Shown here: piece by piece, positions 36,142-48,643 of the stretch | How positions within the stretch are numbered: position 1 is the first letter of the stretch | How the letters are laid out: each line of letters begins with the position of its first letter | Assembly (NCBI GenBank): GCA_009103225.1 | Contig: RHPI01002119.1 | Span: 310,001-374,000 of the forward strand | Direction of reading: 5' to 3' | DNA: 64,000 nt | From: Chlorokybus atmophyticus | Lineage: Eukaryota > Plantae > Mesostigma and Chlorokybus algae | The notes under the pieces: model-generated | Told to the model about the DNA's origin: nothing | The model's input: the letters and a program-made list of their open reading frames with translations, nothing else | Databases searched by the model: none | Program-made: the position numbers and the translations under genes

Positions 36142-36925
36142 TTTCCACCCGCAAACGGACGGTCAAACTGAGAGAGCAAATCAAATACTGGAAGAAATGC
36201 TTCGCCACTATGTGGCTCCCAATCATGCTGATTGGGACAGGTACTTGCTAATGGCAGAGTTCGCTGTGAACAACGCGTGGCAAGAAAGTGTAAAGGAAAC
36301 CCCATTTTTCTTGAATTATGGGATTCGCCCAAACACACCAGCGTCATTGCGTGTACCTCGCCATGCCGTGACTGTGCCAGCGGCAAAGGAATTTGCCACT
36401 AACATGCAAGAAAATTTGGCTCGAGCCAAGCTGTGTCTGTCAGAAGCACAGGACAGGCAAAAAGCTTATGCTGATACACATCGAAAAATGGCCACTTTCG
36501 ATGTCGGCGATAAAGTTTTGCTTAATGCAAAAAACATAACCATCAAAGGTACGGGTGCTCGCAAGTTGCTGCCCCGATGGTTAGGTCCTTTCTCTATCAC
36601 TGATAGAGTTGGTACGCACGCTTATCGACTGCAATTGCCCCCAAGTGTGCGTATACACAACGTGTTTCATGTAAACTTGTTGAAACCTTACCGCTCAGAC
36701 GGTAGAACACAGCCTCCACCACCGCCAGTTGAGGTGGACAGCGAGCTCGAATACGAGGTGGAAGCTATATTGAACCATAAGCTAAATGGTCGAGGACGCG
36801 CAACTCGCTATTTGGTGAAATGGAAAGGGTATGGCCCGGAACATAACAGTTGGGAGCCCGACAGGCATCTTACGCACTGCCGCGAGTTGCTTCGAGCTTA
36901 TAGGGATTCATGTCCTGTCCCATAA
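36142..36925 (+). mobile_element. Chromovirus A integrase C-terminal part plus chromodomain
   Basis: FHPQTDGQTERANQILEEMLRHY, WLGPF...HNVFHVNLLKP, EYEVEAIL...YLVKWKGY...[21 protein letters not shown] precedes the next LTR. Confidence 0.93.
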
Positions 36926-37072
36926 ACTGTGGGCTTGGTTTTATGACAGACTGGCAGTGCAGTTTCATTACCACCCTGTCATTTCCTGCTATCTCACTGG
37001 TTACAATTACTCGAAATCAAGCCTGATCAACTTGAGTTCAACGAGGACGTTGAAAACCTAAGTGGGGGGGGA

Positions 37073-37468
37073 TGTAACGGGAGCAATAATAATAGGGGTA
37101 TTATTGCTACCTAAATAACACATTTTGTATGAATAAGTATTTAAATATGCTTATTTATACCTCTTTTCTACGGTTCCTCGCTTATTAAAGGCTATGATGC
37201 TTTATCATATCTTAAATAAGTCCCAATGGGTGTAGAACCGCTTATTCAAGCCTATTTAGTGTCACATTTAATATAATGTGATCACTATCTCGTTAGGTAC
37301 CTTACGATAGGTATCTTTGGATAGGTACCTTATCGATATGTACCTTATCTGAGCTGTGATTGGCTCACGCTAAATTTCCTAACTACCCTATCTGTAGGGT
37401 CGATGTCTAGTTGTGAGTTAATTATCGAGAGGTATATAGTTGATATACTCTTGATATAAAAGGTCACA
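37073..37468 (+). repeat. LTR of chromovirus A (shared 3'/5' LTR)
   Basis: 396 bp, TGTAAC...GGTCACA; preceded by a PPT and followed by gag. Confidence 0.92.
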
Positions 37469-37611
37469 TCAATCTGATGGGGGTGGGGGGGACTTTCAGT
37501 TCTCTGCTCAGTGGCGGCCACCCCGTTGAAAGGCTTGTCATAGGCGGTGTGGGTGTTGGGGTAGAGGATTGAAGGGGCATCACCGGCGACGGTGGTGCTG
37601 TTACAACCTTT

Positions 37612-38472
37612 ATGGGGCGAGATTGGGAGGGGCAGATGGGTGAAGGCAAACGTGTTCTAAACATGATCGAGCGTCTGCAACATGCTGACGGTGGTCCACC
37701 TGTTCAAGCTCTTGCTCGTCCTGCCGAGTTTGTTCCCAACAAGCAAGCGGCCATCTTCGACTGGCTTGTAAAGTTGCGACACTATGTCAACTCCCTTCAC
37801 ATTTCCGAGGAGGGGAAATTGCGTGTAGCTGAGTTGCTGATCCCAAACGATGCTCTGGCAGAGTGGTACCGCCGTAAGCAACGGGATACAAACCTCGGGC
37901 GAGAAGTAAATCAGTTGTGCTCTTTCATGGAGCAGCGCTATGGTGGCGCAGATCCTGCCCAGGTTGCTCGCAACCAGCTGCACAACCTGCGTCAGAACGG
38001 GCGTCCGGTTCAGCAGTATATCCGGATATCCGGATTGTCAGTCGTTTGTCAGCAAGATCAATGCTGGCAAACTACCTATCAGTGATGCTGATCAGCTGGA
38101 TATGTTCAGGCGTGGCTTGGACACAGATCTCGTGCAGCATGTGGCCGTTAACCCCGCGAGTTTGCAAGAATGGGCTTCGACGGATTTACCAATGCTGATG
38201 CAGATGGTTGCTGCTGTGGACAGTGTGAAGCGCTCTCACGCCAACATGCAAACCACGGCAAAGGAGGCAGCCCCGGTTTGAGCTGCAAAGCGCCCGGCCA
38301 CTGACAACAAACCTTTTGTGAAAAAGGAGAAACCATTTCATCCTGCTGGCCCCTACAATGCGGCCAAATCCATCATCACTTGCAGTTTCTGCAAGAAGAC
38401 AGGTCATGGGGAGGCTAAGTGCTATGTAAAACAGAATGCACAGAAGGCCAAGCAGCAGAGAGACAAGAAATA
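37612..38472 (+). mobile_element. Chromovirus A gag (frameshifted)
   Basis: IFDWLVKLRHY...WY...DPAQVARNQLHNLRQ, then DQLDMFRRGL, and a zinc knuckle CSFCKKTGHGEAKC before TAG at ~38472. Confidence 0.8.
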
Positions 38473-39455
38473 GGAATTATCCGTGGTTGGTAGCTTAGTC
38501 GAGCAGAACGACTTTAAAAACTCTGTACTTCTTGATAAAGTTTCCTCTCTTTGTGATGTATCAGATGTATGGACTGATATGAGCACACCACCTGTGTTGA
38601 GAAATGCAAATGGTTGTGTTTTAATCAATGTTCCATTCTCTGAATCAGTAACTGCTGTTAAGCACTTACACGAGTTGCAATTACAACATGCTGTCACTGC
38701 ATGTGTAGTTATCCCTCGATATCATGTGTAACAGCCTGGGGCATTTTTTGTATTTTATTGTACATAAAGTACTTATTTTGCCTTTTTTGCTGGCTTGATG
38801 AGGGCTTTTATGAGCTTTATTAAGCCCATGTGGCGCCTGCCCCTGCTGCCGCGCGCGACTCGCCTGCGACCTGCTCGACAGCAGCTAATACGGCGACGTG
38901 ACCCACCTGCCACGCGGTTGTGACACAGCCGCTGACTGGACACGCGCTGTGCAGTGCCAGGTGACGCGGACTGCACAGTCACACAGCCGCCGAAGGCCCA
39001 ACGCGCGTGGCGGGGAGCCTGCACTTGGACCTGCCTTTAGATTTGGTAGTGAAAAATGAAATGCCTGTTAATTAGGCTATTTCTTCCTAGTGCTTGTATA
39101 AATAGAAAAACCCTGTGTAATGCAACCAACTTTGTTTTCTGCTCTCTGCTGTGAGTATGCTGGTGCATGCTTGAGGGAGTTGTGGTCCAAGGCACACTGC
39201 TGCGTTCTTGCTTGGCGTGAGAAGTAGTAGTGTTCGTGTGCGTGGGCGCGCTCGACGCGTGCGTGCGTGCGCGAGTGAAGGCAAGGTTCCGGTGTGAAGA
39301 TTGTGCTCAGCTGCACACATGTGTTGTATGACTTGTGTGCTGTGTATGTGAGCACGAGCATCGTTACAGTGGTATCGGAGCCCTTGGAGGGGTTGGGTTT
39401 CTTGTTTTAAGGGGATATTAACTATCTCTTTGGTGTGTGAGGTATTTTTCTGTTT

Positions 39456-40502
39456 ATGGACGCTACCATGGATGATGCACGTGTTGTGGAGCTTCAGCAA
39501 GTGCTGGTAGCTGCTCATGAGGAGCTGCAACGTGTCCAAGCATCTGCCCAAGCTCAAGTGGCACAATTTCAACAAGCCATGGCGCAAGCGCGCGCGTCCA
39601 CGCCCGTTACAGCTCCTGTGGTTGCCCCATCAGCCTCTCGTCATGTGAAGCTACCAAAACCAAAGCCATTCAAGGGTCAGAGGGACGGTGACTGTGTGGA
39701 GGAATGGGTGTTTGCCGTTTCGACATGGTTAAAGCTCACCGAGGTACCTATACATCTCCGTGTCGATGTGGCTGCTACTTTCTTTGAGGGAGCTGCACTT
39801 GTGTGGTGGCGTCATCGTTGTGCTCGTGTGGAAGCTGGTCTTGAGGTTCCTTTCACTACCGTGGCTGAGCTGGCTGCTGAGGTGAAGAAACAGTTCGTAC
39901 CGGTGGAGAGTGTGAAGACGGCACGCGACCAGCTCTCTACGCTTGTGCAAACGCAGTCCGTGATGGCCTATACCTCTGCGTTTCAGCGTCTTGTGCTCTC
40001 TGTACCGAACATGACTGAGGAGGAGCAGCTGGACCGCTACACGCGCGGGTTGAAGACTCTTTGTCGCAAGGAAGTTGAGCTTCGTGACGCCAAGACTCTC
40101 GCGGAGGCCATTCGCATTGCTGAGCGCACGGACGTGTTGTACTTCAAGGGGGCTGCCAAAAACACTGATCGTGGACATTACAATCACTTCCGTGGAGGTT
40201 CGTATCGCTCATACGCATCTGTTGGGGCTGGTTCGGGAGCTGCAGCAGCTCAGGGGGCTGGCTTGGGACCAACTCCAATGGAATTGGGTGCGCTCCATGT
40301 TGCTATGAAGGCCCCAAAGGGTCGGGAGGCTGCCAAGGCTGTTCGGAAGTGCTGGGAGTGCTCTTCTGCTGATCACGTGCGCTCCAACTGCCCTATCTAT
40401 AAGGCAAAGTCTGCTGCACATGCCCGCAACGCTCGCAGCGGTGGACGCGTGAACATGGTGGAGGAGGAGATGTTGCAGCCGGGAAACGGCTCACCTCAGT
40501 AG
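39456..40502 (+). CDS. gag: Chromovirus B Gag
   Basis: KLPKPKPFKG, WW..R, ARDQLSTLVQT.SV..Y..AF, PTPMELG, CCHC knuckle KCWECSSADHVRSNC. Confidence 0.93.
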   Translation: MDATMDDARVVELQQVLVAAHEELQRVQASAQAQVAQFQQAMAQARASTPVTAPVVAPSASRHVKLPKPKPFKGQRDGDCVEEWVFAVSTWLKLTEVPIHLRVDVAATFFEGAALVWWRHRCARVEAGLEVPFTTVAELAAEVKKQFVPVESVKTARDQLSTLVQTQSVMAYTSAFQRLVLSVPNMTEEEQLDRYTRGLKTLCRKEVELRDAKTLAEAIRIAERTDVLYFKGAAKNTDRGHYNHFRGGSYRSYASVGAGSGAAAAQGAGLGPTPMELGALHVAMKAPKGREAAKAVRKCWECSSADHVRSNCPIYKAKSAAHARNARSGGRVNMVEEEMLQPGNGSPQ

Positions 40503-43500
40503 CTGGAGAGGCTCCTGCTGAGGTGGTGATGCAGCCTCACTATGATGTTGAATGTCCAGCGGCTGGCGTGGAAGCGTTGTTGACGGTTGGCGGCATGTGC
40601 GCAACGGCAACGCAAAGCGGTATGGTTCGAGTGCCCGACAAGGCGAGGCAGCTGTTGGGAGTCATGGCTCTGATCCGTGAGGGCAATGGGCCATGGATGG
40701 AGTGCAAGATGCTGGTGGATTGCGGCGCGAACAGCAATTTCATGAGTCGTGAGGTTGCGCGTCGGCACAAGTGGTTGTCATGGGCAAATGCCGGCTCGGT
40801 GGCTCTAGCGGACGGCTATGCGCCAGCAGGAGGAGCTTCCAAGCAAAGCAAAGAACTTGAAATGCACGTGGGGATGATGAAGGATCGCCTATGGTTTTGC
40901 TGCATCGAGCTGAACAACGGCTTTAATGGCATTTTGGGGCTGCCTTGGCTTTGGTCACATAACCCCGCCATTAATTGGAGGAAGCGGGTGCTCACTACCC
41001 CGGAAGCTGGTGGTGAGGTTTTTATGTGCTTCAATGCTTCAATGCAAGGCGCGTGTGTGGTTCAAGAGCGTGTGAGCTGCATCGAGGCTGCTAGCAATGT
41101 GCTGCATGCGCGTGACGCGCACGACACGACGGCGCGCCAGCAAGCTGCACCACAACATGCTTCTAGCTCAAGGGGAGGGGTTCCAGAGCTGGTGTCACAA
41201 GTTTCTAAGACCAAGATGGAGCAGATCTGGTCCGGGAACAATGTGAAGGATGCATGGCTGTGCATGGTGCGTGAGACACCTCCCAAGTCGGACTTGGAGC
41301 TGGTCGGCACTGGTTCGGAGAGTTCGAAGGACCCCGAGGTGCAGAGGTTGCTTGAAGAGTTCAAAGACGTCATGGTGGATGGGCTACCAGCTGGTCTGCC
41401 ACCCACGCGAAGTGTTGATCACCGTGTGGAACTGATAGAGGGCGTGCACAAGCCGCCGTACCGACCGGTGTACAAGTTGTCTCCGGCTGAACTCGAAGAG
41501 GCGAGGAGCCAAGTCGAGGACCTTCTACAACGTGGGTACATCAGGCACAGCAAGTCTCCTTACGGTGCACCTATCCTATTTGTACGTAAGAAGAGCGGAG
41601 CCTTGCGCATGTGCATCGACTATCGGCCACTCAACAACATCACCAAGAAGAATGTGTTCCCTTTGCCACGCATTGATGAGTTGTTGGAGCAGCTCGAGGG
41701 TGCTGAGTTCTTCTCAAGCTTGGACCTAGCTGGTGGCTACCATCAGATCCGTGTTGCGCCCGAAGACGTTGAGAAGACGGCTTTCAACACTCGCTATGGC
41801 CACTATGAGTGGTTGGTGATGTCCTTTGGCATGACAAATGCTCCGGCAACCTTTCAAACCTTGATGAATGAGGTCTTTGCTGATCTGATTGGCAAGGGCG
41901 TGCTAGTGTACCTCGACGACATCCTTGTGTACACAAAGAGCAAGAGAGAGCACGTGGCATTGCTACACGAGGTGATGCAGCGTTTACGTACACACAAGTT
42001 GTTTGCTCAGCTCAACAAGTGCCGCTTCTTGCTTGAAGAGGTAGAATACCTTGGCCACATTGTATCCAAGCAAGGAATCAAGGCAGATCCAAGCAAGCTT
42101 GCCGCGGTGCGCGATTGGGCTGCCCCGAAGGACGTGAAGGGTGTCATGTCGTTCCTAGGGCTTGCCGGCTACTATTGTAAGTTTGTAAAGGGCTTTTCGC
42201 ACTTGGCGGCACCATTGACGGCATTGTTGAGGAAGGGGGTGGCTTGGAGCTGGTCGGAGGCTGCAACAAAGGCATTTTCCGACTTGAAAGAGGCCCTGAC
42301 ATCGGCTCCCGTGCTGCTGCATCCCAACATGCAATTGCCCTTTGTGGTGGCGTGTGATGCGTCCGACAAGGCTATTGGGGCTGTCTTGCAGCAGGATCAC
42401 GGCAACGGCTTGCAACCGGTGGCCTATTTCAGCAAAAAGATGAGCGGGGCTGAGCTCAACTACCCCGTTCATGAGAAGGAATTGCTGGCGCAGGTGCTAG
42501 CGCTACGGCAATGGCGTTGTTTCCTTGAAGGCAAGCGGTTCACACTTGAGACGGACCACTCGCCATTAAGGTACCTCAAACGCAGCCTCACCTCTCACGG
42601 CGGCAAGCTCGTTGGCTCGAGTTCTTCCAACTCTTCGACTTTAAAGTGAAGTACAAGCCGGGCTCTTCAAATAAGGTTGCGGACGCATTAAGCCGTCAAC
42701 TCAACGCGCTTGAAACGGTGGTGCAAGTGCAGCCCAAGTGGCTTGACCAGATCCGTGCCTTATTGCATGAGGACGCGGTGGGGGAGAAGACCATTGAGGC
42801 GTTGGAGAATGGGACTGAACATAGCGGCCTTTGGGCATTGAAGGACGGGCTGCTATGGCATGGCGATCGCATGTACATACCCAACATTGCGCACATGCGC
42901 GTGGCATTGATGAAGGAAGCGCATGATGTGCCAATGGCTGGTCATCAAGGGCTGGAACAGACGCTAGCCTTGTTGAAACAGAAATTTTTCTGGTCGGAGA
43001 TGCATCGTGACGTTAAGGACTATGTGGCATTGTGCGACACTTGTCAAAGGGTGAAGGCGAGCAATCAACGCGCCAGTGGGCTGCTCCAACCATTGCCGAT
43101 ACCTTTGACGAAGTGGGAGCAAGTTACTCTTGACTTCATCACGGGGCTGCCACGGACACGTGAAGGGCATGATGCTATCTTGGTGTTTGTGGACAAGACT
43201 AGCAAAATGGTGCGATTGGCGCCATGTACGGAGACTTGCACAGCTCCCGAGGCTGCCAAGTTGTTCATCAAGCATGTGGTGCGCTCTCATGGCCTTCCAA
43301 GAAGCATTATCAGTGATAGAGACCCGCGGTTTACTGGCAACTTTTGGAGAGCTCTCCACGCAACTCTAGGCACGAGCTTGAAGTTCAGCACCGCGTACCA
43401 CCCTGAAACGGACGGCCAAACGGAGCGCGCCAACCGCGTCATCGAAGACATGCTACGGTGCTATGTGAACAGCCGCCAAGACAATTGGGGAGACATGCTG

Positions 43501-44208
43501 GAGCTGATTGAGTTCACCATTAACAACCACAAGAGTGCAAGCACGGGCGTGACACCTTTCCTTATGAACTATGGGCAACATCCATTGACGCCATTGACGG
43601 CGTGGGTGCCTAGCATGCAAAGTTCAGATGTGGAGGCCGTGGACGGCTTTCTTGAAAGGTGTGCCGACATTACCAAGGCAGCTCGAGAGGCTCTGCTTGT
43701 GGCGCAAAACCGGCAAAAGCAATACGCCGATGCGCGTCGCAAGGATGTTGTGTTCGAGGAGGGTGACCTTGTAATGCTTTCAACCAAGCATGTGCAGCTG
43801 GTCACGGGGGTGCGCAAACTGAGTGAGCGATGGTTTGGGCCCTTTAAAGTGATCAAGGTCATCTCGAAGGTGGCCTACAAGTTGGAGCTGCCCAATACCA
43901 TGCATGTGCACCCTGTTTTTCATGTCTCGCTTCTTAAAGGTTATCGAGGGGAGCCACCAGCTCGTCCGCCTCCAGATGTGGTTCGTGAAGGTGAGGCTGA
44001 GTGGGAAGTGGAAGCAATTGTCACGGACAAGCTGATCCGAGGCGTGCGCAAGTATTTGGTGAAGTGGCGTGGCTATCCAATGCACGAGGCGACATACGAG
44101 CCCGAGGAGAGCTTTACCAATGCCAAACAGGTCTTGCAAGACTACAAGGCCAGAGGAGGCAGTCGTCAGCTTCGAGGACGAAGCTCCCCCGGGGGGGAAG
44201 GGGTGTAA
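40481..44208 (+). CDS. pol: Chromovirus B Pol (protease-RT-RNaseH-integrase-chromodomain), entered by -1 frameshift; one internal 1-nt deletion
   Basis: LVDCGANSNF; RMCIDYRPLN; YLDDIL; CDASDKAIGAVL; H...H...C..C; HPETDGQTER; EWEVEAIV...YLVKWRGY. Frame break near 42578 (KTQPHLSRRQARW continues in the next frame). Confidence 0.93.
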
Positions 44209-44850
44209 CAGCCTGGGGCATTTTTTGTATTTTATTGTACATAAAGTACTTATTTTGCCTTTTTTGCTGGCTTGATGAGGGCTTTTATGAGCTTTATTAA
44301 GCCCATGTGGCGCCTGCCCCTGCTGCCGCGCGCGACTCGCCTGCGACCTGCTCGACAGCAGCTAATTCGGCGACGTGACCCACCTGCCACGCGGTTGTGA
44401 CACAGCCGCTGACTGGACACGCGCTGTGCAGTGCCAGGTGACGCGGACTGCACAGTCACACAGCCGCCGAAGGCCCAACGCGCGTGGCGGGGAGCCTGCA
44501 CTTGGACCTGCCTTTAGATTTGGTAGTGAAAAATGAAATGCCTGTTAATTAGGCTATTTCTTCCTAGTGCTTGTATAAATAGAAAAACCCTGTGTAATGC
44601 AACCAACTTTGTTTTCTGCTCTCTGCTGTGAGTATGCTGGTGCATGCTTGAGGGAGTTGTGGTCCAAGGCACACGACTGCGTTCTTGCTTGGCGTGAGAA
44701 GTAGTAGTGTTCGTGTGCGTGGGCGCGCTCGACGCGTGTGTGCGTGCGCGAGTGAAGGCAAGGTTCCGGTGTGAAGATTGTGCTCAGCTGCACACATGTG
44801 TTGTATGACTTGTGTGCTGTGTATGTGAGCACGAGCATCGTTACATCATG

Positions 44851-47228
44851 GCCCGTGGTCGCGATTGTTGAAAGGGGGAGAAGTAATCATGCAACTCTCA
44901 CGCAAAGATACAGGAGCTTCACCGTTGCAAGTGATCTTCATCAAGTCTGCTACCAATCACGGCACTCCAACATTAGCTACATTTGATGGTCACTCAGTGC
45001 CACTCAAATGGAGATTTGAGAGTCAACTTATGGGTACACCATGTACAGCATTGATACTGGTGCAAACCATAACTTTGTTGAACATGCTTGGGTGAAACGT
45101 AATAACATTCCTTTCACACCAGTCACGTCATATGTACGTGCTGCTGGTTCCACTCTCAATGCAATGGGAGAGGTAAAAGGGCGTTTTGTTATTAATGGCC
45201 ATAAAACCCGACCAGCCTTCATCGTGGTGGATATTGGTATCCCCGGGGTGGATGTTGTTTTAGGGGAACAACGGCACACTGAAGCAGGTTTACAATCAGA
45301 CTCTCGAGCCAATACGTGCACCCTTCGTAAAGGGAAACGTAGGATGACTTTAACAGCATCTGTACTCGCACGTATACCTCGCGATAATGTTCCGCTCCTC
45401 TCTGCTATGCAATTGAAACGTTGCATGCGTAAACGTGAGGAAGTATACTTACTGCACTTGCAACAGGTGGAACCACCTGCTGAACAGGCTATCAGTGACC
45501 CTGTGGTGCAGTCACTTACGGAATAATACGCAGATGTATTTCAGGATGAACTCCCAGAGTTGCCTCCCGATCGAAACGTACATCATACCATTCCGTTAGA
45601 GGAGGGGGCAAAGCCACCTTGGCGGCCTATATACAGGCTAAGTCCCTTAGAACACGCGAAGATGGAAAAACAGCTCAAAGAGTTATTGGACAAAGGTTAA
45701 ATAACAAAGAGCATATCTCCTTTTGGTGCACCAATTTTGTTTGTGCCCAAAAAGAATGGCAAGCTACGCATGTGTATTAATTACCGTGCGTTGAACACGG
45801 TCACTGTGAAAAACAGATACCCTTTGCCTCGGATTGATGATTTGTTTGATAAGCTGTCAGGTGCAACAGTGTTCAGCACGCTGGATTTGACCAGTGGTTA
45901 TCATTAAATCAAAATCCACCCGTCGGATATACAAAAAACTGCATTTCGCACCCCACTAGGACACTTTGAGTATAAAGTGTTACCATTTGGGTTAACAAAT
46001 GCACCAGCTACATTTCAAACAGCAATGAACGCGGTATTTGCTGATGAATTGTACAAGTTTGTACTGGTATATCTAGTTGACATTATTGTGTTCAGCAAAA
46101 CCTGGGAGGACCACCACAAACATGTGGAATTGGTTCTAGCTAAGTTACGCGAACACAAATTCTATGCCAACCTGTCCAAATGCAACTTTGCAAAGGATGA
46201 ACTACCCTTTTTAGGGCATGTGATTGGCAAAGAAGGATTGAAACCAGATCCTCAAAAGGTGTGTGCGGTAAAGGATTGGCCGCCACCCAAGGATGTACAT
46301 CAGTTACGTGCTTTCTTGGGGCTAGCCAATTATTTCCGCAAGTTCATGCGAGCATATTCTAGCATGGCAAATTCTTTAACATCTTTACTAAGAAAAGATG
46401 TTAAATTTGTGTGGACGAAGGCACACGAGGTTGCTTTTACACGCATTAAAGATGCATTAACACAAGCCCCTGTGTTAGCCTCCCCGACCACACCAAGCCT
46501 TTTGTGGTGATCAGCGATGCTTCCACCATTGGGTGTGGGGCAGTCCTTCTACAAGATGACAGACCATGTGCATATGAAAGCAGAAAGTTCATTCCTGCTG
46601 AACGTAATTACACAACCACTGAGCAGGAATTGCTCGGGGTGGTGCACGCGCTGCGCACATGGCGTTGCTACTTGGAAGGGGTGGAGTTTTCAGTGATTAC
46701 TGATCACAACCCGCTCACATTCTTTCATACGCAACAAAATCTGTCGAGGCGGCAAGCTAGGTGGAATGAATTCATTTCTCGTTTCACTTTCACTTGGCAA
46801 TACCGTCCGGGTCGCACCAATGTGGCGGATCCACTAAGTCGCAGCCCTGCTCTTTTGGCACTTACGCGCTCTCGAAGAACGCGTAATGTACAACAGCCTG
46901 AAAATCCTTTCTTCAAGGAAGTGTCCGCAGGTTATAACTCAGATGATTGGTTTAGCAGTCAAACCAACTTGCAACAGCTTACTGCTGTTAGCAATCTGTG
47001 GTATAAAGGGGAGCAGTTGGCAATTCCCAACTCGGGCGACTTACGTAAGCAATGCTTACATTCAGTGCATGACCCGCCGTATGCTGGGCATTTGGGGAAA
47101 CACAAAACACTCAAATCTGCGCAACAGTTATACTGGTGGCCGTCAATGTCAGCTGACGTGGATCAATATGTTCGCACATGTGACGTGTGTCAACGTAATA
47201 AGCCACTACGACAAAAACAAGCGGGATT
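44851..47228 (+). mobile_element. Chromovirus A pol remainder (protease, RT, RNase H, integrase zinc finger), degenerate, ending at an N
   Basis: IDTGANHNFV, PFGLTNAPATFQ, mutated YLVDII, SDASTIGCGAVL, HDPPYAGH...CDVCQRNK. In-frame stops near 45525, 45698 and 45905. Confidence 0.92.
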
Positions 47229-48189
47229 NGTGGGTGGGTTCTATTCAGAAGGGCGGACTCTTACTTTCTTATACCATTCGAATAATGACCATTATACATC
47301 ACTACTGCTGATTCTTTGGAGTTCGAGCATAGTGGCTAACAACATCTAAGTTAAACCTAATGTCAATATTTCACAAATTACATTGCTGGACCCCCCCCAC
47401 TCAAAAAGGATTTCGTAAATGACACCATCAGTTGTAAATGCACAAACCACGCATGGCACGTAGTCAAGACCACTTATAGCCCTATCTAACAGTCATCATG
47501 CTACGATCACATGTGGCGTCATGACCATACACCTCGTACATGCATGTGGTTTTGATGCGCAATTTATATGACATAAATGTGTGCAAGACATATAAAGTTT
47601 TTGTCATGAATGGCAGCCAACGTGTGCGTGTGCTGTGCCGTGGCCTTGCATATAGTCAACCCGCAGTACAGCGTGTGTGCATTAACGCAGGTAGTGTTTG
47701 ATGGCGTTTGATGCTGTGTGTGTGACTGGTGTGTGTGTTGCCGCATGTGTTCCATACTAGGGTGGTTACTGTGCATCGCTGCATGAATTTGTTATCTTCA
47801 CGTTAGCATGCGTGCGTGCGAGGGTGCTTGCTTGCCTGCCGGCGTGCCTACATGTTATGCACAAACAGTGCGGTGTAGGGTTACTCATGCATTGTGCATA
47901 TGCATTCCTCAGGCTTATGCACGCGCACATGTAACATGCACATGCACATAACTATGGTGTCATTATGTTTACCACCGTGCTAGCCCACTACCGCATCGTT
48001 GCCTACCTACACTAGTACTCACACCACTTACACATGCAAGCACGCAGCAAAACGTCATCATCACCTGCCTACATGGCCATGATGAGTGCGCGCGCACGGC
48101 TGTGTAACCTATTCTGTGCGTTGCATGCGTGTGCGTGTGTTTGTGCGCGCGCATGCGTCTATCATGAACTGCAGTATTTGGAAACACAT

Positions 48190-48405
48190 ATGGCATGCCC
48201 TACTATGCAAGGCGTATGGCTTGGTAACAAGTCACGGTTCTACGGCATTGCGTTGGATGAAGATGTGGTACATTCGCGCACAAAAGAGTTGGTAAGGTTG
48301 ACTTTTTCTCCTGATGGTTTCAAGGTATACAACTTGTGTTCTGAGCGCGCTGATGGCACGGACAGCTTTGAGGGACTGGTAACTACCGGAATATGTGTCA
48401 CGCAT
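48190..48405 (+). pseudogene. PTEN/tensin-like phosphatase fragment
   Basis: LGNKSRFYGIALD resembles PTEN VS.NKRRY...GFDLD, and FKVYNLCSERADGTDSFEGLV resembles YKVYNLCSER.Y....F.G.V. No catalytic HCxxGxxR nearby. Confidence 0.55.
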
Positions 48406-48643
48406 AGGTCGAGCATCTGTGTTTGCTTTGTGTGACGATGTTGCTGTACTAGTAATGAGAGAGTGAGCATCTGTGCAGGCTGATGATAGCTGGCCATACT
48501 GCTTTCCTGCTGACTTTGCTCTGTTTGAGTCTGGTAGTACTTCGTAACTAGCCGCAGTTATGGTCCCATGATTTACCATACACGGACATGGACACACAGG
48601 CTGGCGCAGGTCAACACCAATCATCAGTACAGCACATACCACA

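Larger units (their letters stand above)
38727..44845 (+). mobile_element. Full-length young chromovirus B (Ty3/gypsy) nested in chromovirus A
   Basis: 642-bp LTRs at 38727-39368 and 44204-44845 (about 4 differences seen by eye). PBS TGGTATCGGAGC at 39370; PPT GGGGGGGAAGGGG; perfect TSD TCATG (38722-38726 / 44846-44850). Confidence 0.97.

Noticed and set aside
38773-39361. Duplicated minus-strand ORFs (also at 44250-44838)
   Set aside because: They are chance ORFs inside the two LTR copies.
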